64,000 bases of DNA, from the NCBI GenBank assembly GCA_037308085.1, contig CP147779.1, forward strand, positions 256,001 through 320,000, written 5' to 3'. The stretch is from Promethearchaeati archaeon SRVP18_Atabeyarchaeia-1. GTDB lineage: Archaea > Asgardarchaeota > Atabeyarchaeia > Atabeyarchaeales > Atabeyarchaeaceae. The translations under genes and the position numbers were made by a program. Positions 28,591 through 38,890 of this stretch are shown piece after piece. The notes below the pieces were generated by a model. That model did no database searches, was not told the DNA's origin, and saw only the letters and a list, made by a program, of their open reading frames with translations. The first letter of the stretch is position 1; every line of letters begins with the position of its first letter.

Positions 28591-29655
28591 TTGACAATAG
28601 AAGAGAAGAGAATCCTAGTTACAGGTGGAGCGGGCTTCATAGGCTCACATGTTGCCGAATTCTTCGCGGACAAAGGTTGCGAAGTGACAGTCTTAGATAA
28701 CCTCTCAAGACACGAACTACTCGGGAAGACCGAGCGCAGCGAAGTCATCCATTACAACTGGGATTATCTTAAGCGAAGAAAAGTAAGGCTTGTGAAAGGG
28801 GATGTTCGAAACGCTGATGATTTAGGAAGACTTTGCAGGAGCGCTGACATCGTAGTTCATGCTGCTGCTCAGACAGCTGTGACAACTTCAGTTGCATCTC
28901 CGGATGTTGACTTCTCGATTAATGTTGATGGAACAGCCAATTTGCTTGAGGCGATCAGAAAACTAAATGACAACGCAACACTCGTTTTCTGCTCGACCAA
29001 CAAGGTCTATGGTGAGAAAGTCAACAACATCCGGGTTTTAGAAGATGAGCGCAGATATCGCTTCGAAGAAGAATATTCAAAGGGAATCGGCGAGGATTTC
29101 GGAGTGGATCTCTGCGGGCACACACCATACGGGTGTTCCAAGCTAGCAGGCGACATCTATGTTCAAGATTATGCTCAAACCTACGGGCTGAAAACTGGTG
29201 TGTTCAGAATGTCGTGCATATATGGTACGAGGCAGTTCGGGATCGAGGATCAGGGGTGGCTTGCGTGGTTCACGATAGCAACTCTTACTGGTAAGCCTAT
29301 AACAATATATGGTGATGGTAAGCAAGTACGTGACGTACTTTTCATCTCTGATCTAGTAAGGGCATACGAAGCGTTTATTGAGCGAAGCCAGCAGCTACGG
29401 GGTGAAGTCTTCAATATGGGAGGAGGACCAAGCAATACGCTGTCCCTGCTTGAGCTCCTGTCACTCCTCAAGGAATTGACGGGAAAGGAAAACAGGATAA
29501 AGTATAGCGATTGGAGACCTGCCGATCAGAAAGTGTACATAACCGACATACGGAAAGCTAAGGAACGACTCAACTGGTCTCCCTCGGTAGCACCCAAGCA
29601 AGGCGTGAAATTGCTCGCCGACTGGGTGACCGCTAATACGGGTATTTTCACTTGA
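28591..29655 (+). CDS. CDP-paratose/tyvelose 2-epimerase-like SDR
   Basis: AAQTAVTTS, STNKVYG, YGCSK and EDQGW. Confidence 0.85.
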   Translation: MTIEEKRILVTGGAGFIGSHVAEFFADKGCEVTVLDNLSRHELLGKTERSEVIHYNWDYLKRRKVRLVKGDVRNADDLGRLCRSADIVVHAAAQTAVTTSVASPDVDFSINVDGTANLLEAIRKLNDNATLVFCSTNKVYGEKVNNIRVLEDERRYRFEEEYSKGIGEDFGVDLCGHTPYGCSKLAGDIYVQDYAQTYGLKTGVFRMSCIYGTRQFGIEDQGWLAWFTIATLTGKPITIYGDGKQVRDVLFISDLVRAYEAFIERSQQLRGEVFNMGGGPSNTLSLLELLSLLKELTGKENRIKYSDWRPADQKVYITDIRKAKERLNWSPSVAPKQGVKLLADWVTANTGIFT

Positions 29656-29741
29656 AATGAGGAGAACAGGTCAATTCATGGAAGTACGTGTTATTTGGGA
29701 CCGTTTGAAATGTCAACATCAGCTTACATGGGAAAAAGCCT

Positions 29742-30548
29742 ATGCTGAAGACCATCTTCAGAAGAGTCACTGGTCTTTATTGGAGATATTGTAGGTGGTA
29801 TGAGGCGTATAAATGGCTTAACGAAGTACGACCATTTTTCCTTCGTGAGGCCGAAACATTCTTGTCAGAAAGAGGCTTTCTAAGGAATGGACAATCAATG
29901 GAGGACCTGCGCCAAAAGTGGCCATCATATGTGGCAGACCTCTTTGACCCCTCATCACCAGCTAGATTCTATCTTGGGTGGAATGGAGATGTTGGAGCCT
30001 CAAATATCCCTGCAAATATCATTGATCAGTTTTCTCGTCCGCACATTGCATATGCCTTGATCAGGCAGTTTGGCAGGAATCATCAATTCAAAGGATCATT
30101 GCTGGATTTTGGGTGTGGCACTGCTGCCGTTTCGCTATCTTGGCAAGTGACATGCGCAAATCAATCGGGTCTCCTATTATCAGATTTTGAGAATCTACCT
30201 AGAGAGTTTGTGAGATACTACATCAAGAAATACCCTAGGTTCAGAAGAGAATTAGTCGACATAGACCTCAAAGAGATTCCTGATTATTCAATTGATGGCA
30301 TTCTATGTATTCATGTTCTTGAACATCTACCCAATCCGACAACTTTGTTTAAGTTGATTAGTAGTAAGCTTAAGACCGGGGGAATATTCATCGTGGAGGC
30401 TCCTTGGGGGGGACATCCGGAGCACCTCAAAGAAGCCCCAACAGACTGGAACGAAGAAGGAGGCAAAGAGCTTCTAAGTACAGAATACACTATGCTGAAA
30501 AAGATGAACCCGTATGTTTCATTATCGGGAGTATACAAGAAGAAATGA
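29742..30548 (+). CDS. Class I SAM-dependent methyltransferase
   Basis: LLDFGCGT and HVLEHLPNP; visibly more AT-rich than the core genes. Confidence 0.82.
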   Translation: MLKTIFRRVTGLYWRYCRWYEAYKWLNEVRPFFLREAETFLSERGFLRNGQSMEDLRQKWPSYVADLFDPSSPARFYLGWNGDVGASNIPANIIDQFSRPHIAYALIRQFGRNHQFKGSLLDFGCGTAAVSLSWQVTCANQSGLLLSDFENLPREFVRYYIKKYPRFRRELVDIDLKEIPDYSIDGILCIHVLEHLPNPTTLFKLISSKLKTGGIFIVEAPWGGHPEHLKEAPTDWNEEGGKELLSTEYTMLKKMNPYVSLSGVYKKK

Positions 30549-30853
30549 CATTTCGTAGTTCTTCTTTAATTTGTCAAGAAGATGCTTAACTGGCTCTACT
30601 AACATACCGTTCCATCCTTATTTCTGAACATATTTATGAATGGGGTCTCCTGAAACGCCATCATTGGAGCCTATCTGCAGAAAAAAAGTTCTCAGTCTCT
30701 TACATAGTTGAGGATTACTGCTTCATAATCTCTCAGATTTTTGGGGACCCGTTCGTATGCAGCCTGAGGAAAACTCGTTATCAGAAATGAATTTGCGAGT
30801 CGTCTCAGACTGTGCAATACATTTCTAAGCTGTTTCTTGGTTCTTCTCAACAT
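30549..30853 (-). pseudogene. FkbM-family methyltransferase 5' fragment
   Basis: Manual translation gives FFLQIGSNDGVSGDPIHKYVQK*GWNGMLVEPVKHLLDKLKKNY, with an in-frame TAA, an upstream frameshift and truncation. Confidence 0.7.
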
Positions 30854-31175
30854 GTTTGGAATCAACGTGCAGAATCTAATGAGTGATAAGTTTCACTCCC
30901 AGACGAAGATCTCCGATCCATCGTGTCTGAAAACAGTTATGTAGTGCATCCAGATGTTATATACTTCAATCTGCCGCTTGATTTGAAGCGGTTTAGTCCG
31001 AGAAATGAAAGCACTCTAACTTCATGTCTCGACCATATCTGAGCAGGTAATTCTTAGATCCCCAAATTCCCAATCCAAGCGAACAAGAGAGATATTAAGT
31101 GCTTTGGCTCGCAATACCATGCGTAGAAGAGATCCTGCTCAGTTCACATTCAAACTGAAATAGTTAATCAATTCA

Positions 31176-31973
31176 ATGCGGAAGATCTCTATGGGCAATC
31201 CTTTCAGATGGACTTTTGGCGTTGTAGGGAGAAGAAGGCTTTCAACCCTCTTAAGGGGACCACCTCGCCGCGTTCTAGGAAGAGTTTACAGACGCGTCTC
31301 GATCCTCGTAGTCACTCCTAGGCTGAGAAGTCTGGCTAGTCGAGTGAAGGACATTGAAGAAACAGCTGAGCTTGCTTTTTCTTTCAGGCAATATGGCATC
31401 TCGCTGACGCCTCTTCAGGTGAGAGATGAAGTTACAGAGTTTCTCGACTATGTCAAGAGGACCAAACCAATGATCCTCCTCGAGATCGGAACCGCCAAGG
31501 GTGGAACACTGCTCATGCTTACTAGAATCGCCCTTCCTAGGGCAACGATCATAAGCTTAGATCTTCCCAGAGGGTCTTTTGGCGGAGGCTATCCAAGGTG
31601 GAAAATTCCACTTTACAGATCCTTTGCTAAGCAAGAACAGAAGATACATCTCCTCAGAGCCGACTCACATGATTTCCGTACACTTGAGAAAGTCAGAACA
31701 ATAATAGGGAGTCATAAACTAGATCTTCTGTTCATCGATGGCGACCACACCTACGAGGGCGTCAAGAAGGACTTCGAGATGTATTCTCCATTGGTGAGGA
31801 GAGGTGGAATAGTAGCTTTTCATGATATACTTCCTCATGACAAGCTTCATGATCCCATGAAAGAAATCGGTGTTGACAGGTTCTGGAGACGACTCAAGGA
31901 TAATCATAGGTGCTTAGAGATTGTGAAGAACCGAAGACAAGGTTGGGCAGGTATTGGCATTCTGCACGTATGA
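31176..31973 (+). CDS. Class I SAM methyltransferase (Methyltransf_24-like)
   Basis: LEIGTAKGG, FIDGDHTYE and AFHD. Confidence 0.85.
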   Translation: MRKISMGNPFRWTFGVVGRRRLSTLLRGPPRRVLGRVYRRVSILVVTPRLRSLASRVKDIEETAELAFSFRQYGISLTPLQVRDEVTEFLDYVKRTKPMILLEIGTAKGGTLLMLTRIALPRATIISLDLPRGSFGGGYPRWKIPLYRSFAKQEQKIHLLRADSHDFRTLEKVRTIIGSHKLDLLFIDGDHTYEGVKKDFEMYSPLVRRGGIVAFHDILPHDKLHDPMKEIGVDRFWRRLKDNHRCLEIVKNRRQGWAGIGILHV

Positions 31974-32182
31974 GATTGCCAAATCTGCTTCATTGTGGAT
32001 GGTTTAAAAGTGCGACAGTAAATATATTCACAATGAGTATCAGTCCGGCTACTCGTGCGAAAGAACGGAACGGAGAAATTCCGAAACTAGGGGCAGCTTG
32101 GTGCGAAAGTTGTTGGAACTCCCCTAGGAATGCAAATATCAAGAAAATATAGGTCGCGGAAGTACTCGATAGGTGACCGAAC

Positions 32183-34432
32183 TTGCCATTAGAAAAACTG
32201 AGTGAGATTCCTGGTGTAGGGGCGAAAATTGCTGAAAAGCTCGTCGAAGCTCTCGGCAGCGAAGAAGAAGCTCTCAGGGCAATCACAAATGGTGACGCCG
32301 CAGCCCTAGCAGCGGTTCCTGGCTTCGGCCATGGCAAAGCCCTCAGAATCATCAGATCATTCTACGAAGCCAGAGAAGGTGTGACCCTGGAGCAGGTAAT
32401 GAGAACTCAGGATACCGTGGAGATCTACGATCACATAATGAACATAATCAGATCCTATGCGAGAACTGATTACGCCGGCGACAAGCTCTCACTCTACTTC
32501 CCGCTTCCCTCCAGCAAGATTGGGGCTATGGAGGACAGGATATCAAGGTTCAGCGAAGCCAAAAGACTAGTTGAGAAGATTGGCAACGACAAGGCTGCTG
32601 CGATCTCAAAATGCCTGACTAGGATTCACGGTTTGAAGCGCTGGTCGGAGAAGAAGCAACTGAAAGGAAGACTAATCATAACAGACAGCGAGGAAATACT
32701 GAAGGATCTCGAGAAGAGCCATGTCTCAAGATACTGTACAGTTCGCCATCTCGCCCACGGGGAGGCGCCATCAGAAGAGGGAGCATCATTCTCCGAAGAC
32801 ACCGATGGGATCGAGCGAAGAGAGAGGGAAGGGGAGGGAATTGTTGAGCTTTCCAAGGCGTATGATGTCGTAATCTTCATACCTTCCGGTACATCATACT
32901 CACCCGTCTTCGACAATATTGACAACTTGGAGCTGATCAAGAAGGAGTGGACTATCGACCAAGTCGCACCTGAGAGCATAATCGACTTCTACTCCACTAA
33001 CACGGATGTCATAAAAGCTATCTGTGAGCTCTCTGAGATTTTCAAGACCATGCCCGAAGAGCGCGCCATGAAGGAGTTCAAATCGGGGCTCGACTCCGAT
33101 GGACTGCGTCAAGTTGCCACGCTGTCTGGTTCTATCACCGACAAAGGAGAAGCGATTGGGGATGCCTATCCCGAACTGGGCAGGTTAAGGAAAGCGATCA
33201 GGAGCTTCAATTCAGTCATAAACGACGTTGAGTCATGGGTCAACGATGAGATAAAGAAACGGGTAGGGGAAAGCAGTGTGACCATTCGCGGGGAGCAAGT
33301 AATCAATATCCTCATGGCTGCAAGAGACGACGCGATACCGCCAGAAGAACTCAACAGATACTTGCCACCAGAAGTCGTACAGGTCGTGACAACTACGTTG
33401 ACCAAAGGAGAAGAAAACATAGTCAGCAAACTCGGCCTGAAAGGCGATGAAGAGTCTCTGGTGGAGGGCGTGATACCTAGAAAAGTGGCGCTCCCCATCG
33501 AAGTGGACAGAAGGAGAGTGAAGGAGCTCGAAGACCTCCTAAGAAGGGAGTACGCGATAAACGAATACCGTGAGCTGAGGAACCTGGCAGGCAAACTTAT
33601 CAAGTACATGAGTGCGGTAGAGAAGGCTCTTCAGACACTTCTAGAGTTCGACCTATTCTTCGCCGTGGGCCAATTTGCCAAGGACTATGGCTTGACTCCG
33701 CCGAAGCTTTCGAAGGACGATTTGGGGGCTGGATTCAGGAATGGAGTGAACATCTTCCTGAAAGAGGAGGAACTCAAGAAGCGCCTTGAGGCAAGACCCA
33801 TCAACTACATCGTTGGAAACGTCCCTCTGGGCGCCCAACTTAAGGGTACTAAAGGCGAAAGGGTTGTCCTGCTGAGTGGTGCGAACTCAGGCGGGAAGAC
33901 TTGCTGCATCCAGACAGTTGCACACGTAGTCATCATGGGACAGATGGGTCTACCAGTCCCAGCCGAAGACGCCTGCATTGGAGTATTTGACGAGATACAC
34001 TACTTCTCAAAGTCGAAAGGAGTCGCGGATGCAGGGGCATTCGAGGCCACTCTCAGAAGCTTCGCTAAGGTAATCCTCAGCCAGAAAAAGAAAATCATCC
34101 TCGTAGATGAGCTTGAGAGTATCACGGAACCTGGCGCAGCAGCGAAGGTCATAGGAGGAGTTCTCGAGAAGCTCAGCGAGAATTCCAATACATGCGCAAT
34201 CTTCGTGAGTCACCTTGCCGAAGAGATCTCTAAGGCAATAAAGACCGCGATAAGGATCGATGGAATTGAGGCAAAGGGCCTAGACCAGAACATGAACCTA
34301 GTCGTTGACAGAAACCCCATATTTAACCACCTCGCAAAAAGCATGCCTCAGCTCATAGTCCAACGCCTCAGCGCGCTCGCAAAGGGGGATGAGAAGGAAA
34401 CTTACGACCACATCCTAGCAAAATTCCGGTAA
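32183..34432 (+). CDS. Archaeal MutS-family ATPase with N-terminal HhH motifs
   Basis: IPGVG and VPGFG HhH motifs; SGANSGGKT; AGAFE; VDELE; SHL. Confidence 0.85.
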   Translation: MPLEKLSEIPGVGAKIAEKLVEALGSEEEALRAITNGDAAALAAVPGFGHGKALRIIRSFYEAREGVTLEQVMRTQDTVEIYDHIMNIIRSYARTDYAGDKLSLYFPLPSSKIGAMEDRISRFSEAKRLVEKIGNDKAAAISKCLTRIHGLKRWSEKKQLKGRLIITDSEEILKDLEKSHVSRYCTVRHLAHGEAPSEEGASFSEDTDGIERREREGEGIVELSKAYDVVIFIPSGTSYSPVFDNIDNLELIKKEWTIDQVAPESIIDFYSTNTDVIKAICELSEIFKTMPEERAMKEFKSGLDSDGLRQVATLSGSITDKGEAIGDAYPELGRLRKAIRSFNSVINDVESWVNDEIKKRVGESSVTIRGEQVINILMAARDDAIPPEELNRYLPPEVVQVVTTTLTKGEENIVSKLGLKGDEESLVEGVIPRKVALPIEVDRRRVKELEDLLRREYAINEYRELRNLAGKLIKYMSAVEKALQTLLEFDLFFAVGQFAKDYGLTPPKLSKDDLGAGFRNGVNIFLKEEELKKRLEARPINYIVGNVPLGAQLKGTKGERVVLLSGANSGGKTCCIQTVAHVVIMGQMGLPVPAEDACIGVFDEIHYFSKSKGVADAGAFEATLRSFAKVILSQKKKIILVDELESITEPGAAAKVIGGVLEKLSENSNTCAIFVSHLAEEISKAIKTAIRIDGIEAKGLDQNMNLVVDRNPIFNHLAKSMPQLIVQRLSALAKGDEKETYDHILAKFR

Positions 34433-34511
34433 GTACCAGACACCGTTCACGTATTCTGGCGAGTGCAAAGCGCAAATCACGAGTTGTCTAGAGGAGAAGA
34501 GAGGGAGACTC

Positions 34512-35348
34512 ATGAGCACATCCGCAGGAAGCTCTGGAACTTCTATCCCGAATCCTCCGATAATAGCACTCCTGTCAGATTTTGGATTGAATGATCCATA
34601 CGTGGCTTCTATGAAGGGTGTAATACTGTCGATTTGCAGGAGAGCGGTATTGATAGACATTACACACGCGGTGGCTAAATTCAATGCGCAGCAGGGAGCA
34701 TACTTGCTGGCTGCTACTGTCTCTTATTTCCCTCCTGGAACAATCCACGTTTGTGTGGTGGATCCTGAGGTCGGCACGGAGCGCAAGGCGCTCCTGATCA
34801 AAACCAGGAGAAGTTACCTTGTAGGGCCGGATAATGGAGTTCTGATCCCTGCAGCCGACAAAGAAGGGCTTGAGAGGGTTATTGAAATAAGAAACCGTAA
34901 GTATGTGTTGGGTCGCATCTCCTCAACGTTCCACGGAAGGGACATATTTGCATCTGTGGCAGGGCATCTGGCGGAAGGCGTCTCAGCAGCCGAGTTTGGC
35001 CCAGAGATAGAGGAGTACGTCCGTCAGAAACCCTCGAAGCCCCTGGTATCAAGAGATAGAGCGGTGGGACAGATAATCCACATAGACGGTTTCGGAAACA
35101 TTGTAACAAATATCTCGCCTGATGAGCTTAATGAATTGAAGATAAGGGCTGGCTCCATGATTAGCGTTGGCATTGGGCTAGTCACTAAGAGAATGAAGTT
35201 CTGCTCAACCTATAATGAAGTGGATGTAGGCGAGCACCTCGCGTTGGTAGGAAGTACTGGATTCCTTGAAGTATCCGTCAATAGAGGAAACGCCTCCTCA
35301 ATTCATAATGCACAGGAGGGATCCCAGGTAACTGTTTCAAGCAATTAG
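34512..35348 (+). CDS. SAM hydroxide adenosyltransferase (DUF62)
   Basis: SDFG, VVDP.VG, TFHGRDIF and DGFGN. Confidence 0.9.
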   Translation: MSTSAGSSGTSIPNPPIIALLSDFGLNDPYVASMKGVILSICRRAVLIDITHAVAKFNAQQGAYLLAATVSYFPPGTIHVCVVDPEVGTERKALLIKTRRSYLVGPDNGVLIPAADKEGLERVIEIRNRKYVLGRISSTFHGRDIFASVAGHLAEGVSAAEFGPEIEEYVRQKPSKPLVSRDRAVGQIIHIDGFGNIVTNISPDELNELKIRAGSMISVGIGLVTKRMKFCSTYNEVDVGEHLALVGSTGFLEVSVNRGNASSIHNAQEGSQVTVSSN

Positions 35349-35582
35349 TCAAGGAGCGCGCGTAGTCATGGTCTTGGGTAATTCTTAGGTATAAGAAATG
35401 GAGAAGAAATCTGGCAACTGAGTTGTAGAGATATGTATTTAAAGACGCCCAGTTTACTATTCGCATGTCCGCATGGTGATGTTCTTTCCTAGACAAAGCA
35501 AAAGAGCCAATGCTCTCCCGGAACACTTCAGAGCTCGTCAGGGACATCATTGTCCGTGTGTTCCCAAGAGGCGAATGTGGCA

Positions 35583-36122
35583 ATGGTTAACAGGGGATTG
35601 TTCGTTGGGAGATTTCAGCCCTTTCATAAGGGTCACCTGCACGTGATCCAAGATATCCTCAAGCAGGTTGGCGAAGTCATTGTAGCCATTGGGAGTGCTC
35701 AGTGTAGCCACACATCTGAGGACCCTTTTACTGCAGGCGAGCGAATAGACATGATTAGAAGATCGCTGATTGCTCAGCATATTGACCCCTCGAAGTATCT
35801 CCTGATCCCCATCACCGACGTGAATGACAATCGGCTCTGGGTTTCCCACGTGACTACTCTGGTCCCGCACTTCGACGTAGTGTTTAGCAACAAGCCCCTG
35901 GTGAGAATACTGTTCTCTGAGGCTGGATTCAAGGTTCAATCTATCGAATTCTTCCACAGAGAGGAATACTCAGCGACTGAAATACGAAGCAAGATCGTTA
36001 GGCAAGACGAAGAGTGGAAGAACCTTGTACCAAAAGAAGTTGTTGACTTCCTTCTTTCTATCAAAGGAGACGAAAGGCTAAGAGCAGTTGCAGCAACTGA
36101 TACTCTACATGGCAAGATGTGA
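35583..36122 (+). CDS. nadM: Nicotinamide-nucleotide adenylyltransferase
   Basis: GRFQPFHKGH, FTAGER and SATEIR. Confidence 0.92.
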   Translation: MVNRGLFVGRFQPFHKGHLHVIQDILKQVGEVIVAIGSAQCSHTSEDPFTAGERIDMIRRSLIAQHIDPSKYLLIPITDVNDNRLWVSHVTTLVPHFDVVFSNKPLVRILFSEAGFKVQSIEFFHREEYSATEIRSKIVRQDEEWKNLVPKEVVDFLLSIKGDERLRAVAATDTLHGKM

Positions 36123-36152
36123 GCGCATGTGACAGGGTGCCGCGATGCTCCA

Positions 36153-36545
36153 TCAATGCTGGGTTGCCTTGCGCAGGTCTTCTCCCTTTACGAGATACTT
36201 CCTCAAGTCTATTCTGCCTGCACTGTCAACACTCACGCCCTCTTCCCTAAGCATCTTAATCTTTCTCTCAACGTTTTCGCCTGAAGTCTCGCCGCTGAAA
36301 CCGCCAATGTCGCCAGAAGATCTGATTACTCTGTGGCAAGGTACCTTGGGGGCGAAGGGGTTGTCTCTTGCTGCATTGCCAACGGCCCTGCTGAACTTGG
36401 ATCCGCCCATGGCCTTTGCAAGTTCCCCGTAGGTCGTCACCTTTCCCCTGGGGATCTTGGTCATTAACTCATAGACCCTTTTTTGAAAATCTATTACCTC
36501 TTTCATTTCTCGTGAACACATCTCCCTGCTCTGAACCGTCTCCAA
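36153..36545 (-). CDS. ogt: Methylated-DNA-protein-cysteine methyltransferase (MGMT domain)
   Basis: IPRGKVTTYG, RAVGNA and PCHRV. Confidence 0.88.
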   Translation of the reverse strand: METVQSREMCSREMKEVIDFQKRVYELMTKIPRGKVTTYGELAKAMGGSKFSRAVGNAARDNPFAPKVPCHRVIRSSGDIGGFSGETSGENVERKIKMLREEGVSVDSAGRIDLRKYLVKGEDLRKATQH

Positions 36546-36675
36546 TACTGGAAAGTTAGTGACCCGTCCTAAATAGACATATTCTGGGCATTTGAATATA
36601 AGCTTCCATATAGATTAAGGGAGATGGCATAATGCTGATTCTCGGATATCGTCAGCCTCGAGTGGGTCTCTGCTC

Positions 36676-37740
36676 TTACCTGTTTCTCTTAAATCCTACG
36701 CCGTTGCAGGATATGATCCGGTTACTATTCACCTGGCTGATCGTGAATTCTGTATTCACGAATTCCTTAACGATTGCCATATTGGTCTTCGTGTGAAGCG
36801 ACAGATCTGAGGCCAACATGGTTGATTTGCCGCTCGCCAAGGCAATGTAGGGAATCATCATATCTGATAAGTTAAGGTCGACGGCGCACCTCCTGTCCAA
36901 CAAGCCAATCAACTTGGTGGCTGCCTCAATGCCGACTTCCTCGGCAGGTTTACCCTTCTCGCCAAGGCAATCAGCTCCAATCCGCGCATTACTGGTTGTA
37001 GATGCGCACAAGGCTATTCCGCTGCCTGGACCGAGGTGGGATATTTGATCGTCCATGTGCCAAACTTCTATCTCGACGTTCCTGTATCCATTGCTAATTA
37101 GCTTCTCTCTTGCCGCATCCGCTTGTCTGGTGGCAACGTGTCTAGGTAGCTTGACGGCGTGACTTACTCCCTTGATGCTATCCACCTCTCCGAACTCATC
37201 GAGTCTGATCGATGCCAGCCTGTCTGGAACCGGAGCGATCGTGACTTTGACTGTTCCCCCACCCCTTGGGTAGTGACCTCTCTTAACCAGCTGAGTGGTA
37301 ATTTGGCAACCCATCCTTCGGATTATCGGAATAAAAACCAACTCAATGAAATCAAAACTCGGGCTAAAAGGCACGTCCGTCCCACCAGTCAATTCGAGCG
37401 AGACCCCACTTGGGGCGAAACAAGCAACTGGAGCCAGAGCCTGCAGGATCAGAGATACACTTCCAGCGGTACCCACGTCGATCTTGAAGTGGTCGCCCCT
37501 AATCTGCTTAGGGTGAAACTCTATTGACTGCGATCCTCTTTGGAGACCTTCCACCTTCGCGTCGACAAGTCTGGCTATGGCATCGACAGCAGAAATGTGC
37601 TGCGCCTGTAGCCCGGGGTTCTCTCGCTTCGCCCTTATTCTTGTCACCTTAACGGGATCCCCAGTCAAGGCTGACATGGCGACTGAGGTTCTCAGTATTT
37701 GACCACCGCCTTCTAGGAGACTTCCATCAATCTCGATCAT
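36676..37740 (-). CDS. rtcA: RNA 3'-terminal phosphate cyclase
   Basis: EGGGQILR, PGLQAQH, GGTDV, YPRGGG and SLHTKTN. Confidence 0.93.
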   Translation of the reverse strand: MIEIDGSLLEGGGQILRTSVAMSALTGDPVKVTRIRAKRENPGLQAQHISAVDAIARLVDAKVEGLQRGSQSIEFHPKQIRGDHFKIDVGTAGSVSLILQALAPVACFAPSGVSLELTGGTDVPFSPSFDFIELVFIPIIRRMGCQITTQLVKRGHYPRGGGTVKVTIAPVPDRLASIRLDEFGEVDSIKGVSHAVKLPRHVATRQADAAREKLISNGYRNVEIEVWHMDDQISHLGPGSGIALCASTTSNARIGADCLGEKGKPAEEVGIEAATKLIGLLDRRCAVDLNLSDMMIPYIALASGKSTMLASDLSLHTKTNMAIVKEFVNTEFTISQVNSNRIISCNGVGFKRNR

Positions 37741-38819
37741 TTGCCTGAATCACCACGTTCCGAGCCAAGCGCCCCTTCTTGTACGCAGCTATCTTGCACA
37801 AGCGCATCAAAGACTGTGTTGACAAGGGTGTCTATGCCCTTCCCTGTCAGAGCGCTGACTTCGAATATTGTTTTCTCGTCTGGAAGCGACTTTCTCACTT
37901 TGCTGAGCTGCTCCTCTGTGAGTATGTCAATCTTGTTTACAACTATAATGTGTGGAGTTTCCTTGAAGAGGTCTCTTATTTCCCTTGAGATGTTGATCTG
38001 GGTCTCCATTGAGTATCCGCACACTTCGGAGGGATCGAATAAGAAGACTATCATCTTTGCGAGGTATCTGAGGGCTATGATAGCTTGTAACTCGAGTGGG
38101 TTTCTCCTGCTTACCGGTCGATCCAGTAGACCTGGTGTGTCTATTACCTGGACGCGTCTCTTACCACGCGTGAGATGCCCGATGACCAGGTTCTTGGTTG
38201 TAAATGGATATTCGGCAACCTCGGGCTTAGCCGATGATATCAGACGAACCAGTGATGATTTGCCGACGTTCGGGGCACCGGAGACTACTACCGTTGGTTC
38301 ATACGGGTTAATCGATACGATCTTTCTCAGCTTGTTTCTTGCGTCGCCGAGCAGCTCCAGCCTGCCACCAGCTTTGTTGATCACTGAGGACAAGCGGCCG
38401 TAGCATGCTCTCCTCAACCCCTTTAGTTCGGTAAATGTCTGAGCAGACTTGGTTCTGCGAATGAAATCTCGACTTACGTTCTTGATGACTTGCCGATATC
38501 CGTCTATTCCCCCGATTGCTTCCTTCAGCTTGTCCAAGCCGATTGTGACGTCTGCGATTTCCTTGTAGAAAGTGTCAACAGAGTCCAGTGATGGGAATTC
38601 CTTCACGATACTTGTGAACTGCTCGAGCATGACCCTAGAGGCGGTCTCCAGCTTCGAGGATTCAAGGATCTTTGCCCTATAGAGCCTGTCAATGATCCTT
38701 CTACTGATCGTTGGTCTTGTCTTGTTGGCCTTTCTGAAAGATAAGTCCAGTACTTCCTGGCTGGTCGGGACTCTCGGGAGTTTTGCAAATGGATTCATTT
38801 TTATGACGCGACCTTCCAC
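37737..38819 (-). CDS. NOG1-family GTPase
   Basis: GAPNVGKSS, YPFTTK, DTPGLLDRP and NKID. Confidence 0.92.
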   Translation of the reverse strand: MEGRVIKMNPFAKLPRVPTSQEVLDLSFRKANKTRPTISRRIIDRLYRAKILESSKLETASRVMLEQFTSIVKEFPSLDSVDTFYKEIADVTIGLDKLKEAIGGIDGYRQVIKNVSRDFIRRTKSAQTFTELKGLRRACYGRLSSVINKAGGRLELLGDARNKLRKIVSINPYEPTVVVSGAPNVGKSSLVRLISSAKPEVAEYPFTTKNLVIGHLTRGKRRVQVIDTPGLLDRPVSRRNPLELQAIIALRYLAKMIVFLFDPSEVCGYSMETQINISREIRDLFKETPHIIVVNKIDILTEEQLSKVRKSLPDEKTIFEVSALTGKGIDTLVNTVFDALVQDSCVQEGALGSERGDSGK

Positions 38820-38890
38820 ATAGTATATGTCATCGAGATAAACTCTTAAATACGATTCTAGATTATCCTTGAAGCCAAGGTGATCTAATC

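Noticed and set aside
37741-38403. 220-aa + strand ORF and similar antisense ORFs across the window
   Set aside because: Shadows of well-supported genes on the opposite strand.
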